A stretch of DNA of 64,000 bases, taken from contig CAXXSR010000002.1 of assembly GCA_963662615.2 (NCBI GenBank), forward strand, positions 544,001 to 608,000, in the 5' to 3' direction. The DNA is from Dehalococcoidia bacterium (lineage in GTDB: Bacteria; Chloroflexota; Dehalococcoidia; Bin125). A model generated the notes under the pieces. The model saw nothing but the letters and a program-made list of their open reading frames with translations, was not told the origin of the DNA and did not search any database. This document shows positions 27,834-37,185 of this stretch, piece by piece. Made by a program: the position numbers and the translations under genes. How positions within the stretch are numbered: position 1 is the stretch's first letter; each line of letters starts with the position of its first letter.

Positions 27834-29237
27834 GTGGACCAGCTCATGCATTACCGCGCGGCCGTTGATTACCTCTTAGAATTCGCCGACTTCGAACGCG
27901 CGTCCGCCCGCCGCCGCCAAGCCGGCGCCTTCGCTCTGGACCGGATCCACTCCCTCCTCCGCCGCCTGGACCGGCCCCAGGACGGGCGCATCACCGTGCA
28001 CGTCGCGGGCTCCAAGGGCAAGGGGTCCACCGCGGCCATGATTGAGGCCATCCTGCGGGCGGCCGGCTTCCGCACCGGCCTCTTCACCAGCCCCCACCTG
28101 CACGAGTTCACCGAGCGCATCCGCCTTGACGGCCAGCCGTTGAGCCCGGAGGCCTTCGCGGAGCTCGCGCAGGCGCTGCGCCCCACCATTGAGCAGGAGC
28201 TGGCGGAAAAGCCCGGGCGTCTCAGCACGTTCGAGATCCTCACGGCCATGGGCTTCATGGCCTTCCGCGACGCCGACGTCGACGTGCAAGTGGTGGAGGT
28301 GGGATTGGGCGGCCGTTTGGACAGTACCAACGTCTTCTCCGAGACGGCTGTCGCTGCTATTACCGCGCTTTCGCACGAGCACACCGACATTCTGGGCTCC
28401 AGCCTCGCCAAGATCGCGGCGGAGAAGGCCGGCATCATCACCGCCGCCACGCAGACGGCCGTGCTCGCTCCCCAGCGCTCGGCCGTTGCCGCCGCCGCGG
28501 TCGTCAAATACGCCGCCGACGTCCCTGTCCCCCTCATCGACGTCGCGCGGCGCTATCACTGGGAGGGAGCCGGACTCGAGTTGGCGCAGCCGCGCCGGCA
28601 GCAGTGGTTCCGCCTCACGCGCTCGGCGCCGCGCGCGGATGAGGCGGAGCGGTCGCTGTATCTGACGCCCCTGCTCGGCCAGCACCAGATCGAAAACGCC
28701 GCCACCGCCATCGCGACGGTGGAAGCGCTGCAGGCTCAGGGACTGGCGGTCCCCGCCGGCGCCATCCATCACGGCTTGGCCACGGTGGACTGGCCGGCCC
28801 GTCTGGAGGTGCTCTCTCGCCAGCCCTGGATCGTCATTGACGGCGCCCACAACGAAGAATCGTTGGAGCGGGTGCTGGAATCCCTGCCCACCTCCTTCGA
28901 CTATGAACGGCTGATCGTGGTCCTGGGCGTCCTGGGCGACAAAAACCTCGATGCCATGGTGGCCCGCATCACCGGTCGCGCCGCGGCCCTCGTCGTGACG
29001 CGGCCCGATCATCCCCGCGCACGCAGCGCCGAGTCCGTCGCGGCGGCCTGCCGCGGCTGGGACGGTCCCCTCATCGTCGAGCCCGCCGTGGACGACGCCC
29101 TCAAGGCGGCCGTGCAACTCGCCGCCCCCTCCGACCTCATCTGCGTGCTCGGGTCGCTCTTCGTGGCGGCGGAGGCGCGGGCGCGAATTCAGCGGCAGGT
29201 GGGCGCCGCGCCCACCTCCGCCTCGGCGGACCGCTGA
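27834..29237 (+). CDS. folC: Folylpolyglutamate/dihydrofolate synthase
   Basis: HVAGSKGKGS, FTSPHL, EVGLGGRLDSTN, IDGAHN. Confidence 0.95.
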   Translation: MDQLMHYRAAVDYLLEFADFERASARRRQAGAFALDRIHSLLRRLDRPQDGRITVHVAGSKGKGSTAAMIEAILRAAGFRTGLFTSPHLHEFTERIRLDGQPLSPEAFAELAQALRPTIEQELAEKPGRLSTFEILTAMGFMAFRDADVDVQVVEVGLGGRLDSTNVFSETAVAAITALSHEHTDILGSSLAKIAAEKAGIITAATQTAVLAPQRSAVAAAAVVKYAADVPVPLIDVARRYHWEGAGLELAQPRRQQWFRLTRSAPRADEAERSLYLTPLLGQHQIENAATAIATVEALQAQGLAVPAGAIHHGLATVDWPARLEVLSRQPWIVIDGAHNEESLERVLESLPTSFDYERLIVVLGVLGDKNLDAMVARITGRAAALVVTRPDHPRARSAESVAAACRGWDGPLIVEPAVDDALKAAVQLAAPSDLICVLGSLFVAAEARARIQRQVGAAPTSASADR

Positions 29238-29240
29238 GCC

Positions 29241-30497
29241 ATGGGCCGCCAGCGTGGCCGTGTCGTCGTCACCGGGTTGGGCGCCGCAACGCCGCTGGGC
29301 ATGGGCGTGGAGCGGTTCTGGGAACGCTGCTTGCGCGGCGAGAGCGGCATCGCGCCCATCCAGAGCTTCGATGCCAGCGCCTTCCCCTGCACGGTCGGCG
29401 GTGAGGTGTCCGATTTCACGCCCACCGACTACATGGACCGCAAGGCCGCCCGCCGCATGGCCCGCTTCTCCCAGCTCGCCGTCGCCGCCGCCGCTGAGGC
29501 CCTTGGCGACGCCGCGCTGGATCTGGACGCCGAGGATCGTGAACGCATTGGGGTGATCCTGGGCAACGGCAACGGCGGCTTCCCTGAGGTGGCGGCGGCG
29601 GCGGCTGTCCTGCTGGAGAAGGGCGGCATGCGCATTGAGCCGCTCTTCATCCCCCGCATCCTGCCCAACATGGCGGCCGCCAACGTGGCCATGCGCTTCG
29701 CCCTGCTGGGCTACAACAACACGGTGGTGACCGCCTGCGCCGCGGGCACGCAGGCCATTGGTGACGCGGCGGAGGTGATCCGGCGCGGCGCCGCCGATGT
29801 CGTCGTCGCCGGCGGGACGGAGGCCGGCTTCAGCGCGCTGGGCCTGGGCGGCTTTGCCGTCATGCGCGCGCTCGCCACCCGCAACGACGAGCCCCACAAG
29901 GCCAGCCGCCCCTTCGACGCCCTCCGCGACGGCTTTGTGCCGGCCGAGGGCGCCGCCGTGCTGATCCTGGAAGCGGAGCAGCACGCGCGCTCCCGCGGGG
30001 CCCACGTCCGCGCGGAAGTGGCCGGCTTCGGCTGTAGCGCCGACGGACATCACCTCGTCAAGCCGGACGAGGATGGCGCCGGGCCGCTCCGTGCCATCCG
30101 CTGGGCCCTGGAGAGCGCCGGCGTGGCCGCGGACGAGGTCGATTACATCAACGCCCACGGGACCGCCACGCCGCTCAATGACGTCTCCGAGACCCGCGCG
30201 ATCAAGGCGGCGCTGGGCGAGGCCGCCTACAAAGTCCCCATTAGTTCCACGAAGTCCATGATCGGGCACGCCCTCGGCGCCGCCGGGGCGATTGAATCGG
30301 TGGCCGCCGTTCGCACGATCGAGGACGGGATCATCCATCCGACCGTGAACTTGGACACGCCCGATCCCGAGTGTGATCTGGACTACGTTGCCAACCATGC
30401 CCGTCGCGCGGACGTGCGCGTGGTCCTGAAGAATTCGTTCGGCTTCGGCGGCCAGAACGCCTGCCTCGTCTTCCGGCGCTACGAGGGGACGGCGTAA
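29241..30497 (+). CDS. fabF: Beta-ketoacyl-ACP synthase II
   Basis: RVVVTGLG, TACAAG, YINAHGT, STKSMIGH, NSFGFGGQN. Confidence 0.96.
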   Translation: MGRQRGRVVVTGLGAATPLGMGVERFWERCLRGESGIAPIQSFDASAFPCTVGGEVSDFTPTDYMDRKAARRMARFSQLAVAAAAEALGDAALDLDAEDRERIGVILGNGNGGFPEVAAAAAVLLEKGGMRIEPLFIPRILPNMAAANVAMRFALLGYNNTVVTACAAGTQAIGDAAEVIRRGAADVVVAGGTEAGFSALGLGGFAVMRALATRNDEPHKASRPFDALRDGFVPAEGAAVLILEAEQHARSRGAHVRAEVAGFGCSADGHHLVKPDEDGAGPLRAIRWALESAGVAADEVDYINAHGTATPLNDVSETRAIKAALGEAAYKVPISSTKSMIGHALGAAGAIESVAAVRTIEDGIIHPTVNLDTPDPECDLDYVANHARRADVRVVLKNSFGFGGQNACLVFRRYEGTA

Positions 30498-30602
30498 ATC
30501 GGCGGGCCCAGGCGCGTAAGCGACAACGCCGCCCCGGAGAGACGGGGGGCAGGACGGCGGCGGCGCTCGCGCGGCGGGCCGCTCGGCCCGGGCCGCACCC
30601 CG

Positions 30603-30860
30603 CTAGGCGGCGGTGTGGACCAACTGCAGATCCGGCGGCAGCATGTCGTGCAGGATGCGTTGCATGGCCATGGAATGGCTGCAGGTGGCGTAGTCCGCGA
30701 AAAAGAGGCAGTCGCAGTGCCAGGCGCCATCGGCGAGCGTCACCGTATGCTCGTCGTTGTCGCCCCGCACCCGGCACGTCAGCTGCGAGAGCTTGACGCG
30801 GTCAGGCTCCTGGGCGTAAGTCCGAGCCTTCTCGATCTTGCCGATCAGACTGCTCTTCAT
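30603..30860 (-). CDS. Small SWIM-type zinc-finger protein
   Basis: MKSSLIGKIEKARTYAQEPDR...WHCDCLFFADYATCSH (CxC-x8-CxH). Confidence 0.8.
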   Translation of the reverse strand: MKSSLIGKIEKARTYAQEPDRVKLSQLTCRVRGDNDEHTVTLADGAWHCDCLFFADYATCSHSMAMQRILHDMLPPDLQLVHTAA

Positions 30861-30931
30861 GCGGATCTCCACTCTCCATGAAGGCCGCTCAGGCCCCGTG
30901 AGACGGCGAAGCGCAGGTGGCGGCCGCCAGC

Positions 30932-31591
30932 CTAGCCTAGCGGATCGGACGGCCGCCTCAAGGCCGTTATCGTCACCGATTCATAGCGGCTCGCCCCCGG
31001 CTCCAAGTAGCTCCGGATGAGGCGCAAGGCGGTGACGGGGTAGGGGAGCGGCGGCGGGCCGGCGACCCGTTCCACGGCGGCGCGCAAGGCCTCCCGGTCC
31101 TGGGCTGTGGCGCGCTCCGGCAGGCGCGCCAGCGTCAGGTGAGCGGCGAGCGGCCGGCGGTCCCCCTCCCGTCTGTCTAGGGGGAGCCCGTGTCCCTGCA
31201 ACGCTTGGTCCAGCCGCCCGGCACAGGCCCTTACCTCTTCCACCGCTCCCCCCAGGCCGGCCCAGAGGACACGTGGGCGCCGCTGCGTGAAGATCCCGAA
31301 GCCGCCGAGCTGGAGCAGGTGCGGCGGGGTCGCCACCGCCGTTTCCTCCATGGCTTCCTCAATCCTCGCCTGCAGCCGGAGCGGCGTGTCTCCAAGAAAC
31401 TTAAGGGTGAGATGGATCTTGTCGGGCCGCACCCAGCGCAGCCGCGGGACGTGCGCCGCCTCGAATGCCGCCCGCGCTGCCGCCATGGCGTCGATCACGT
31501 CCGGCGGCGGCACCACGGCGATGAAGAGGCGCGCGCGCGCACCGCTGTCCGCATCGATGGGGCCGTCCGCGTCGATGGGGCCGGGCGCCAC
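30932..31591 (-). CDS. thpR: RNA 2',3'-cyclic phosphodiesterase (2H family)
   Basis: RLFIAV, HLTLKFLG, PRVLWAG, HLTLAR. Confidence 0.92.
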   Translation of the reverse strand: MAPGPIDADGPIDADSGARARLFIAVVPPPDVIDAMAAARAAFEAAHVPRLRWVRPDKIHLTLKFLGDTPLRLQARIEEAMEETAVATPPHLLQLGGFGIFTQRRPRVLWAGLGGAVEEVRACAGRLDQALQGHGLPLDRREGDRRPLAAHLTLARLPERATAQDREALRAAVERVAGPPPLPYPVTALRLIRSYLEPGASRYESVTITALRRPSDPLG

Positions 31592-31593
31592 CG

Positions 31594-32436
31594 CTAGCGC
31601 CCGAACAGGCGCGCGGCGTTGCCGCCCAAGATGGCGCGCTCGTCCTCGGCCGGCAGCCCCAGCGAGCGGATGTGCGCGATCTCCGCTGTGGGGTCGCGCA
31701 GCGGGTAGTCGCTGCCGAAGAGGATCTTCTCCGCCCCCACCAGACCGGCCACGATGCCGAAGATCGCGTCGTCGTAGAGCAGCCGCGTCGCCGCCGTGTC
31801 CACGTAGGCGCGCTCCAGGTCCGCGCGCACCTCCGGCATCGTCGCGAACAGCGGCAGCCCGCCGCCCCAATGCGCGCCAATGACCGTCGCCTCCGGCTGC
31901 TCCCTGATGAACTGGGCGAAGTCGGCCAGAGGCAAGCCCTCCTTGCCGGGATAGCCGTGCCCCACCGGCTCCGAGACGTGGAAGAGGAGGGGGAGACCGA
32001 AGCGCCGGCTGGCCCCGGCCAGCAGCGCCGCCGCCTCTCCCTGGGTCAGCGCATACCCCTGCTGCCGGGGCCGCAGCTCCCCCAGACCCCGCGCTCCCGC
32101 GGCCGCCACACGCCTCACCTCCGCGCAGACGTGCTCCGGGCCCGCTGCCGGCTGCACCATGCAGAACGGGATCAGGCGGCCACCGCTGTCCCGCGCGGCG
32201 TCCAGGATGTAGTCGTTCGTGCGGCGCATCCGCTGGGGGTCGGACCAGGCGAGGTTGCAGATGACGGCGGCGTCCAACTCCGACTCGGCCACCACGCGCA
32301 GGACGTCGTCGGCGCTGGCCAGCGCCGCCCGCGGGTCCGCGTAGATCTCGCCAAAGGCGGGCTCAATCTGCAGAAGCTCTTGGCGACGGGCAATGAGGTC
32401 CGGCGGCACAACGTGCGTGTGCGCATCGATGATCAC
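31594..32436 (-). CDS. Amidohydrolase_2-family metal-dependent hydrolase (probably leaderless)
   Basis: IIDAHTH, GLGEL, AHWGGG, YVDTAA, LFGSDYP; extended -10 TGCTACGCT 6 nt before the GTG. Confidence 0.9.
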   Translation of the reverse strand: MIIDAHTHVVPPDLIARRQELLQIEPAFGEIYADPRAALASADDVLRVVAESELDAAVICNLAWSDPQRMRRTNDYILDAARDSGGRLIPFCMVQPAAGPEHVCAEVRRVAAAGARGLGELRPRQQGYALTQGEAAALLAGASRRFGLPLLFHVSEPVGHGYPGKEGLPLADFAQFIREQPEATVIGAHWGGGLPLFATMPEVRADLERAYVDTAATRLLYDDAIFGIVAGLVGAEKILFGSDYPLRDPTAEIAHIRSLGLPAEDERAILGGNAARLFGR

Positions 32437-32463
32437 CGCCGGAGCGTAGCACTCACGCATCGC

Positions 32464-32546
32464 GCCCCCGCGCGCAGAGCTGTGGTGCCCCCGCGCGCGG
32501 AGCTGTGGCGCCCCCGCGCGCGGAGCTGTGGTGCCCCTGCGCGCGG
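32464..32546. repeat. 23-bp tandem repeat GCCCCCGCGCGC(A/G)GAGCTGTGG(T/C) x3.6
   Basis: Read directly between the divergent amidohydrolase and transketolase genes; no spacers. Confidence 0.9.
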
Positions 32547-32652
32547 CGCTTATGACGCTCGCAATTGCTGGCCGCCGTCGCCCTCCATATACTCGCCAGC
32601 GGCGCCATCCTTTAGCATGCGAGACAATGAGATTGATTCGGTCGAGCGGGCT

Positions 32653-33489
32653 GTGACCACTACCGCGCCGTCCCTCGTGGAGTTCCAGGCGCTGACGCGG
32701 CGCTGCCGCCGGCGGATCCTGGAGATGACGCACGCCGCCCAATCCGGACACCCTGGCGGCTCCCTTTCCTGTGTGGAGATCTTGACGGCGCTGTACTTCG
32801 GCGACGTGCTCCGCTACGACCCCGCCCGCCCCGACTGGCCGGATCGTGACCGCTTCATTCTCAGTAAGGGCCACGCCACGCCCGTGTTCTACGCCATCCT
32901 GGCGGAGGCCGGATATTTCAGCCCTGATCTGCTTCCCACGTTTCGCCAGTTTGACAGCCCTTTGCAGGGGCACGTGGTGATGGGCACCCCGCCCGGGGTG
33001 GAGATGAGCGCCGGTGCCCTGGGTCTGGGCCTCTCGTTCAGTAACGGCCTCGCCCTCGCCGCGCGTCTCAATGGCGCTAGGGGGCGCGTCTATTGCCTCC
33101 TGGGCGACGGCGAACTCAACGAGGGCCAAGTCTGGGAAGCGGCCATGGCCGCCGCCCACTTCGGCTTCGACCGCATCACCGCCATCGTCGACCGCAACGG
33201 CTTCCAGAACGACGGTCCCAGCGACGAGATCATGCGCCTGGACCCGCTCGCGGAGAAGTGGCGCGCGTTTGGCTGGCACGTCCTCGCCCTGGAGGACGGC
33301 CACGATCTGGAGGAACTCCTGGCTGCGTTCGCGGAGGCGCAGGCAGTCCCTGACGGGCCCCAGGTGATCATTGCGCCGACGATCAAGGGCAAGGGCGTTT
33401 CCTACATGGAGGCCAACCCGGCGGCCTGGCACGGCAAGGGCCCGTCGGATGAGCAGCTGGCCCAGGGGCTCGCGGAGCTCCAGGCATGA
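32653..33489 (+). CDS. Transketolase N-terminal (TPP-binding) subunit
   Basis: SGHPGGSLS, RDRFILSKGH, GDGELNEGQVWEA, TIKGKG. Confidence 0.93.
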   Translation: MTTTAPSLVEFQALTRRCRRRILEMTHAAQSGHPGGSLSCVEILTALYFGDVLRYDPARPDWPDRDRFILSKGHATPVFYAILAEAGYFSPDLLPTFRQFDSPLQGHVVMGTPPGVEMSAGALGLGLSFSNGLALAARLNGARGRVYCLLGDGELNEGQVWEAAMAAAHFGFDRITAIVDRNGFQNDGPSDEIMRLDPLAEKWRAFGWHVLALEDGHDLEELLAAFAEAQAVPDGPQVIIAPTIKGKGVSYMEANPAAWHGKGPSDEQLAQGLAELQA

Positions 33490-34445
33490 CGGCGCCTCCC
33501 CCCGTGCGCACCGCCGCCACGCGTGAGGCCTATGCGCCCACCCTGATCAAGCTCGCCCGCGCGGGCCACGACATCGTGGCGCTGGAGGCCGACCTCTCCG
33601 CCTCCACCGGCGGCAACAAGCTGGCCGCGGAGTTCCCTGAGCGCTGGTACACCGTGGGCGTCGCCGAGGCCAACATGATCGGCATGGGCGCCGGCCTCGC
33701 GGCCGCCGGCAAAACGGTCTTCTGCGCCTCCTTCGCCGTCTTCGTGCCCGGCCACTGCTTCGACCAGATCCGCGTCAGCATCGCCCAGCCGCACCTCAAC
33801 GTGAAGCTCTTGGCCAGCCACGGGGGCATCAGCGTGGGCGAGGACGGCGCCTCCGCCCAGGCCCTGGAGGACCTCTCCCTGGTCACGGCGCTGCCCGGCT
33901 TCACGGTCGTCGTCCCCGCCGACGTCGTCGAAGCGGAGAAGGCGATCTGGGCCGCCGGCACCACCGAGGGGCCCTTCTACATCCGGGTCGGCCGCCCCAA
34001 GCTGCCGGTCCTCTACGACGACGATTACGATTTCCAGCTGGGCAACGCCTTCCTCCACCGCGAAGGGACCGACGTCACCGTGATCGCCTGCGGGCTGCTC
34101 GTGCAGGCCGCGGCCGATGCCGCCGAACACCTCGCCGGCGAGGGGATCTCCGTGCGCGTCCTCAACATGGCCACCGTCAAACCGCTGGATGAGGACGCCG
34201 TCGTCCGCGCCGCCCGCGAGACCGGCGCCATTGTGACGGCGGAGGAGCACAACGTCATTGGCGGCCTGGGCGCCGCCGTGGCGCGCTGCCTGGCGCTGAA
34301 TGCGCCCGTGCCCATGGAGCAGGTGGGCGTGTGGGACCGCTTCGGGGAGTCCGGCAAGTGGACGCAACTGATCGAGCACTTCGGCCTCAACGCGGCCGGC
34401 ATTGAGCGGGCCCTGCACCGGGTCCTCCAGCGCAAAGTCCTCTAG
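33486..34445 (+). CDS. Transketolase C-terminal subunit
   Basis: GVAEANM, VGEDGASAQ, YIRVGR, TVKPLD, EEHNVIGGLG; ATGA overlap with the N subunit. Confidence 0.93.
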   Translation: MTAPPPVRTAATREAYAPTLIKLARAGHDIVALEADLSASTGGNKLAAEFPERWYTVGVAEANMIGMGAGLAAAGKTVFCASFAVFVPGHCFDQIRVSIAQPHLNVKLLASHGGISVGEDGASAQALEDLSLVTALPGFTVVVPADVVEAEKAIWAAGTTEGPFYIRVGRPKLPVLYDDDYDFQLGNAFLHREGTDVTVIACGLLVQAAADAAEHLAGEGISVRVLNMATVKPLDEDAVVRAARETGAIVTAEEHNVIGGLGAAVARCLALNAPVPMEQVGVWDRFGESGKWTQLIEHFGLNAAGIERALHRVLQRKVL

Positions 34446-34475
34446 CGCAAGCAGCGCGACGGCGAGGCGCCGCCG

Positions 34476-35194
34476 CTACAGTCCTAGCAGCGCTCGCAAC
34501 TCTGAGAGCGCCCGGATGCGGGCGGTCGGTTGCGTCTTCGCGCGCGGCGGCGGACCGACGTCGTCGCCGTCGAGCCAGATCGTCGCCATCCCCGCCGCCG
34601 CCGCCCCCTCCACGTCCAGCGGGTAGCTGTTGCCTACGTAGACGCTCTCCTCCGGCGCCACGGCCAGCGTCTCCAGCGCGCCGGTGAAGATGGCCGCACC
34701 TCCACTCGCTCCGGCTTGGCGACGCCCAGATCGCCCGAGATCGCGATGGCGCCAAAAAATCGCTCCAAGTTGCAACGGCGCAGCTTCTCGCGTTGCACCG
34801 CCGAATCGCCGTTGGTCACTAGCCCCAGCGGCAGCTGCGGTTGCAACGCCTCGAGCGTCGCCTGCGCGTCGGGCAGCAACTCCAGGCAGTCCAGCCGCGC
34901 CTGGCGCGCCGCGGGCTCCAGTTCGGGGGCGAGACGGTCCGGCGCCCCCACCCGCTCCAGCGTGCGGCGAATGGATTCCAGCGGCGTCAGCCAGGTAGGC
35001 CAGGCGCCTCCGCTGGCGGCCCGCGCCTCCGCGATGTTCGCCCGCGCCGCCGCCAGGTACGCCCCGTCCGAGACCGCGAAGCCGCGCTCCCGCAGGGCGC
35101 AGGCCACCGCTCGCACCGCCTCCTCAAAGCCCACGTCCTCCCGGATCAGCGTCCCGTCCAGGTCGAAGATCACGGCGCGGTAGGGCAGGGGCAT
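34476..35194 (-). pseudogene. HAD-superfamily hydrolase interrupted by a frameshift near 34700
   Basis: IFDLDGTL...VTNG...GVAKPE in one frame; AIFTGALE...YVGNSYPLDVEGA in another. Confidence 0.85.
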
Positions 35195-35203
35195 GGCGGG
35201 CGG

Positions 35204-35758
35204 CTAGGAACTCAGGTCGTCGCTGCGAAGGGACTCTTCGCGTGCCGCCAGAGCCTTGAGCCGACCGACGTCGCCTTCCGCCGCCTCCAGCTCCACGGCC
35301 AGCTCGGCCAGGTTCTCGTGAATGCCCGCCTCGGCCTCCTCCAGTTCATCCTGGTAGATCTCAAAGGGCCAGACGGGCCAGTCATCCAACTCCAGCGGCT
35401 GCTCCGCCGACGGTCCCTGCGGATGCTCGGAATCCGCTTCGTGATCCGGGATATACGACCGCAGCGCCCGCGCCGTGAACTCCAGGCCGTCCTCGCGGGT
35501 CACCACTTTCGTGAGCGCGTAGCCAATCCAGGCCAGGCAACCGCAGGCGACCCGAAAGGAGATGGCGAAGCGCCGTTGCCGCAGCGCTTCCCCGCGGATG
35601 AAGTCATGGAACTCCCCCATCTCCTCCGCCGGCAGCACCTCCGCCACCCGGCCGTTGAAGAGGAGATTGAGCGTGTCCTCCAGTTCGGGCGCGCCCTCTT
35701 CGCGCTCCCGGCTGCCCAGCTCCGCGAACGGCGGCTCCTCGATCGGGGAAGGTGCCAT
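35204..35758 (-). CDS. Hypothetical acidic protein
   Basis: Open ORF with GC3-rich coding pattern, downstream of proA. Confidence 0.6.
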   Translation of the reverse strand: MAPSPIEEPPFAELGSREREEGAPELEDTLNLLFNGRVAEVLPAEEMGEFHDFIRGEALRQRRFAISFRVACGCLAWIGYALTKVVTREDGLEFTARALRSYIPDHEADSEHPQGPSAEQPLELDDWPVWPFEIYQDELEEAEAGIHENLAELAVELEAAEGDVGRLKALAAREESLRSDDLSS

Positions 35759-35813
35759 GATCGTTCCTACGTCGCGCGCGGCCCCACGGCTGCATCGGCC
35801 CAAGTCTAGACCG

Positions 35814-37100
35814 CTAGGGCGGGCGAGTGTGCCCGTCGCCGCGGATCACCCACTTGTAGGCGGTCATCTCCCGCAGCCCCATGGGCCCTCGCGCGTGCAG
35901 TTTGCCGGTGCTGATCCCGACCTCCGCGCCCAGGCCGTATTCGCCGCCGTCGGTGAATTGCGTGGACGCGTTCACGTAGACGGCGGCGGCGTCCACCTCG
36001 CGCAGGAAACGCTCGGCCAGCGCATAGTCGTTCGTGATGATCGCCTCGGAGTGCCCGGAGCCGTGCCGCGCAATGTGTTCCAGCGCCTCGTCCGCGCTGC
36101 CCACCAGCCGCACCGCGGCGATGGGGGCCAGAAACTCGGTGTCGAAGTCCGCCGGGCCCGCGGGCACGGCCGCCGCTCCCGCCTCCTCCAGGATCGGGAG
36201 CGCCTCGGCGTCGGCCCGAAGCTCCACGCCCGCCTCCCGCCAGCGCGCCGCCAGGTCCTGCAGGAACGGCCGCGCCACATCCCGATGCACAATCACCACG
36301 TCCAAGGCGTTGCAGATGGAGACGCGACGCGTCTTGGCGTTATCCACCACCTCCAGCGCCATCGCCAGAACCGCCGCCCGGTCCACGTACGTGTGACAGA
36401 TGCCAATGCCGCCCGCGACCACCGGCATCGCCGCCTCGTCGCGCACCCGCTCGATCAGCGCCCTGCCCCCGCGCGGCACCATCAGGTCGATCAGGTCCTG
36501 CAGCCGCAGCAGCTCGCCCACGCGGGCGCGGTCCATGTCGGTGATCAACTGCACCGCGGCCGCCGGCAGTCCCGCCTCCTGGAGCCCGTCGTGGAGCACG
36601 TCCGCCAGGATGACGTTGCTGCGCAGCGCTTCCCGGCCCCCGCGCAGCACGCAGGCGTTGCCGCTCTTGAGACAGAGCGTGGCGATGTCGATCGTGACGT
36701 TGGGGCGGTTCTCATAGATCGAGGCGATCACGCCCAGCGGCACCCGCACCCGACCGACAACGAGCCCGTTGGGCAGCGTGCGCCGGTCAATGGTCTCGCC
36801 TACCGGGTCGGGCAGCCGCACGATCTCCCGCACCGACGCCGCCAGCGCCTCCACGCGCTCCGGCGTCAACCGGATCCGGTCCAGGATCGAAGGGTCGCTC
36901 CCGCCCGCGACCGCCGCCGCCACGTCCTCGCCGTTGGCCGCAACGACCTCGTCGCGCCGGCTCAGCAGGCCGCGCGCGACGTGCTCCAAGGCGGCGTCCT
37001 TTTGCCCGCCGTTGGCCCTGGCCAGGACGAGGCTGGCGGCGCGGGCAGCCTCCGCTTGCTCCCGGACCGTCTCCGTCGCGCTGCTCGCGGTGGCGGTCAT
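35814..37100 (-). CDS. proA: Gamma-glutamyl phosphate reductase
   Basis: PLGVIASIYENRPNVT, SICNALD, NASTQFTDGGEYGLGAEVGISTGKLHARGPMGL. Confidence 0.97.
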   Translation of the reverse strand: MTATASSATETVREQAEAARAASLVLARANGGQKDAALEHVARGLLSRRDEVVAANGEDVAAAVAGGSDPSILDRIRLTPERVEALAASVREIVRLPDPVGETIDRRTLPNGLVVGRVRVPLGVIASIYENRPNVTIDIATLCLKSGNACVLRGGREALRSNVILADVLHDGLQEAGLPAAAVQLITDMDRARVGELLRLQDLIDLMVPRGGRALIERVRDEAAMPVVAGGIGICHTYVDRAAVLAMALEVVDNAKTRRVSICNALDVVIVHRDVARPFLQDLAARWREAGVELRADAEALPILEEAGAAAVPAGPADFDTEFLAPIAAVRLVGSADEALEHIARHGSGHSEAIITNDYALAERFLREVDAAAVYVNASTQFTDGGEYGLGAEVGISTGKLHARGPMGLREMTAYKWVIRGDGHTRPP

Positions 37101-37185
37101 GATCGCTCCACGGGCGTGAACTCGCCGTCCCCTGCCCGAGTCGAATTCACGTGCCCGCTCAGTCTACCGGAGCGACCCCGGTGGC

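Noticed and set aside
32464-32546. 23-bp repeats as a mini-CRISPR
   Set aside because: Units are contiguous with no spacers, and there are no cas genes nearby.
25199-34445. Calvin-cycle cluster (fbp, fba, transketolase)
   Set aside because: No RuBisCO or phosphoribulokinase in the window, and the genes are not one operon.
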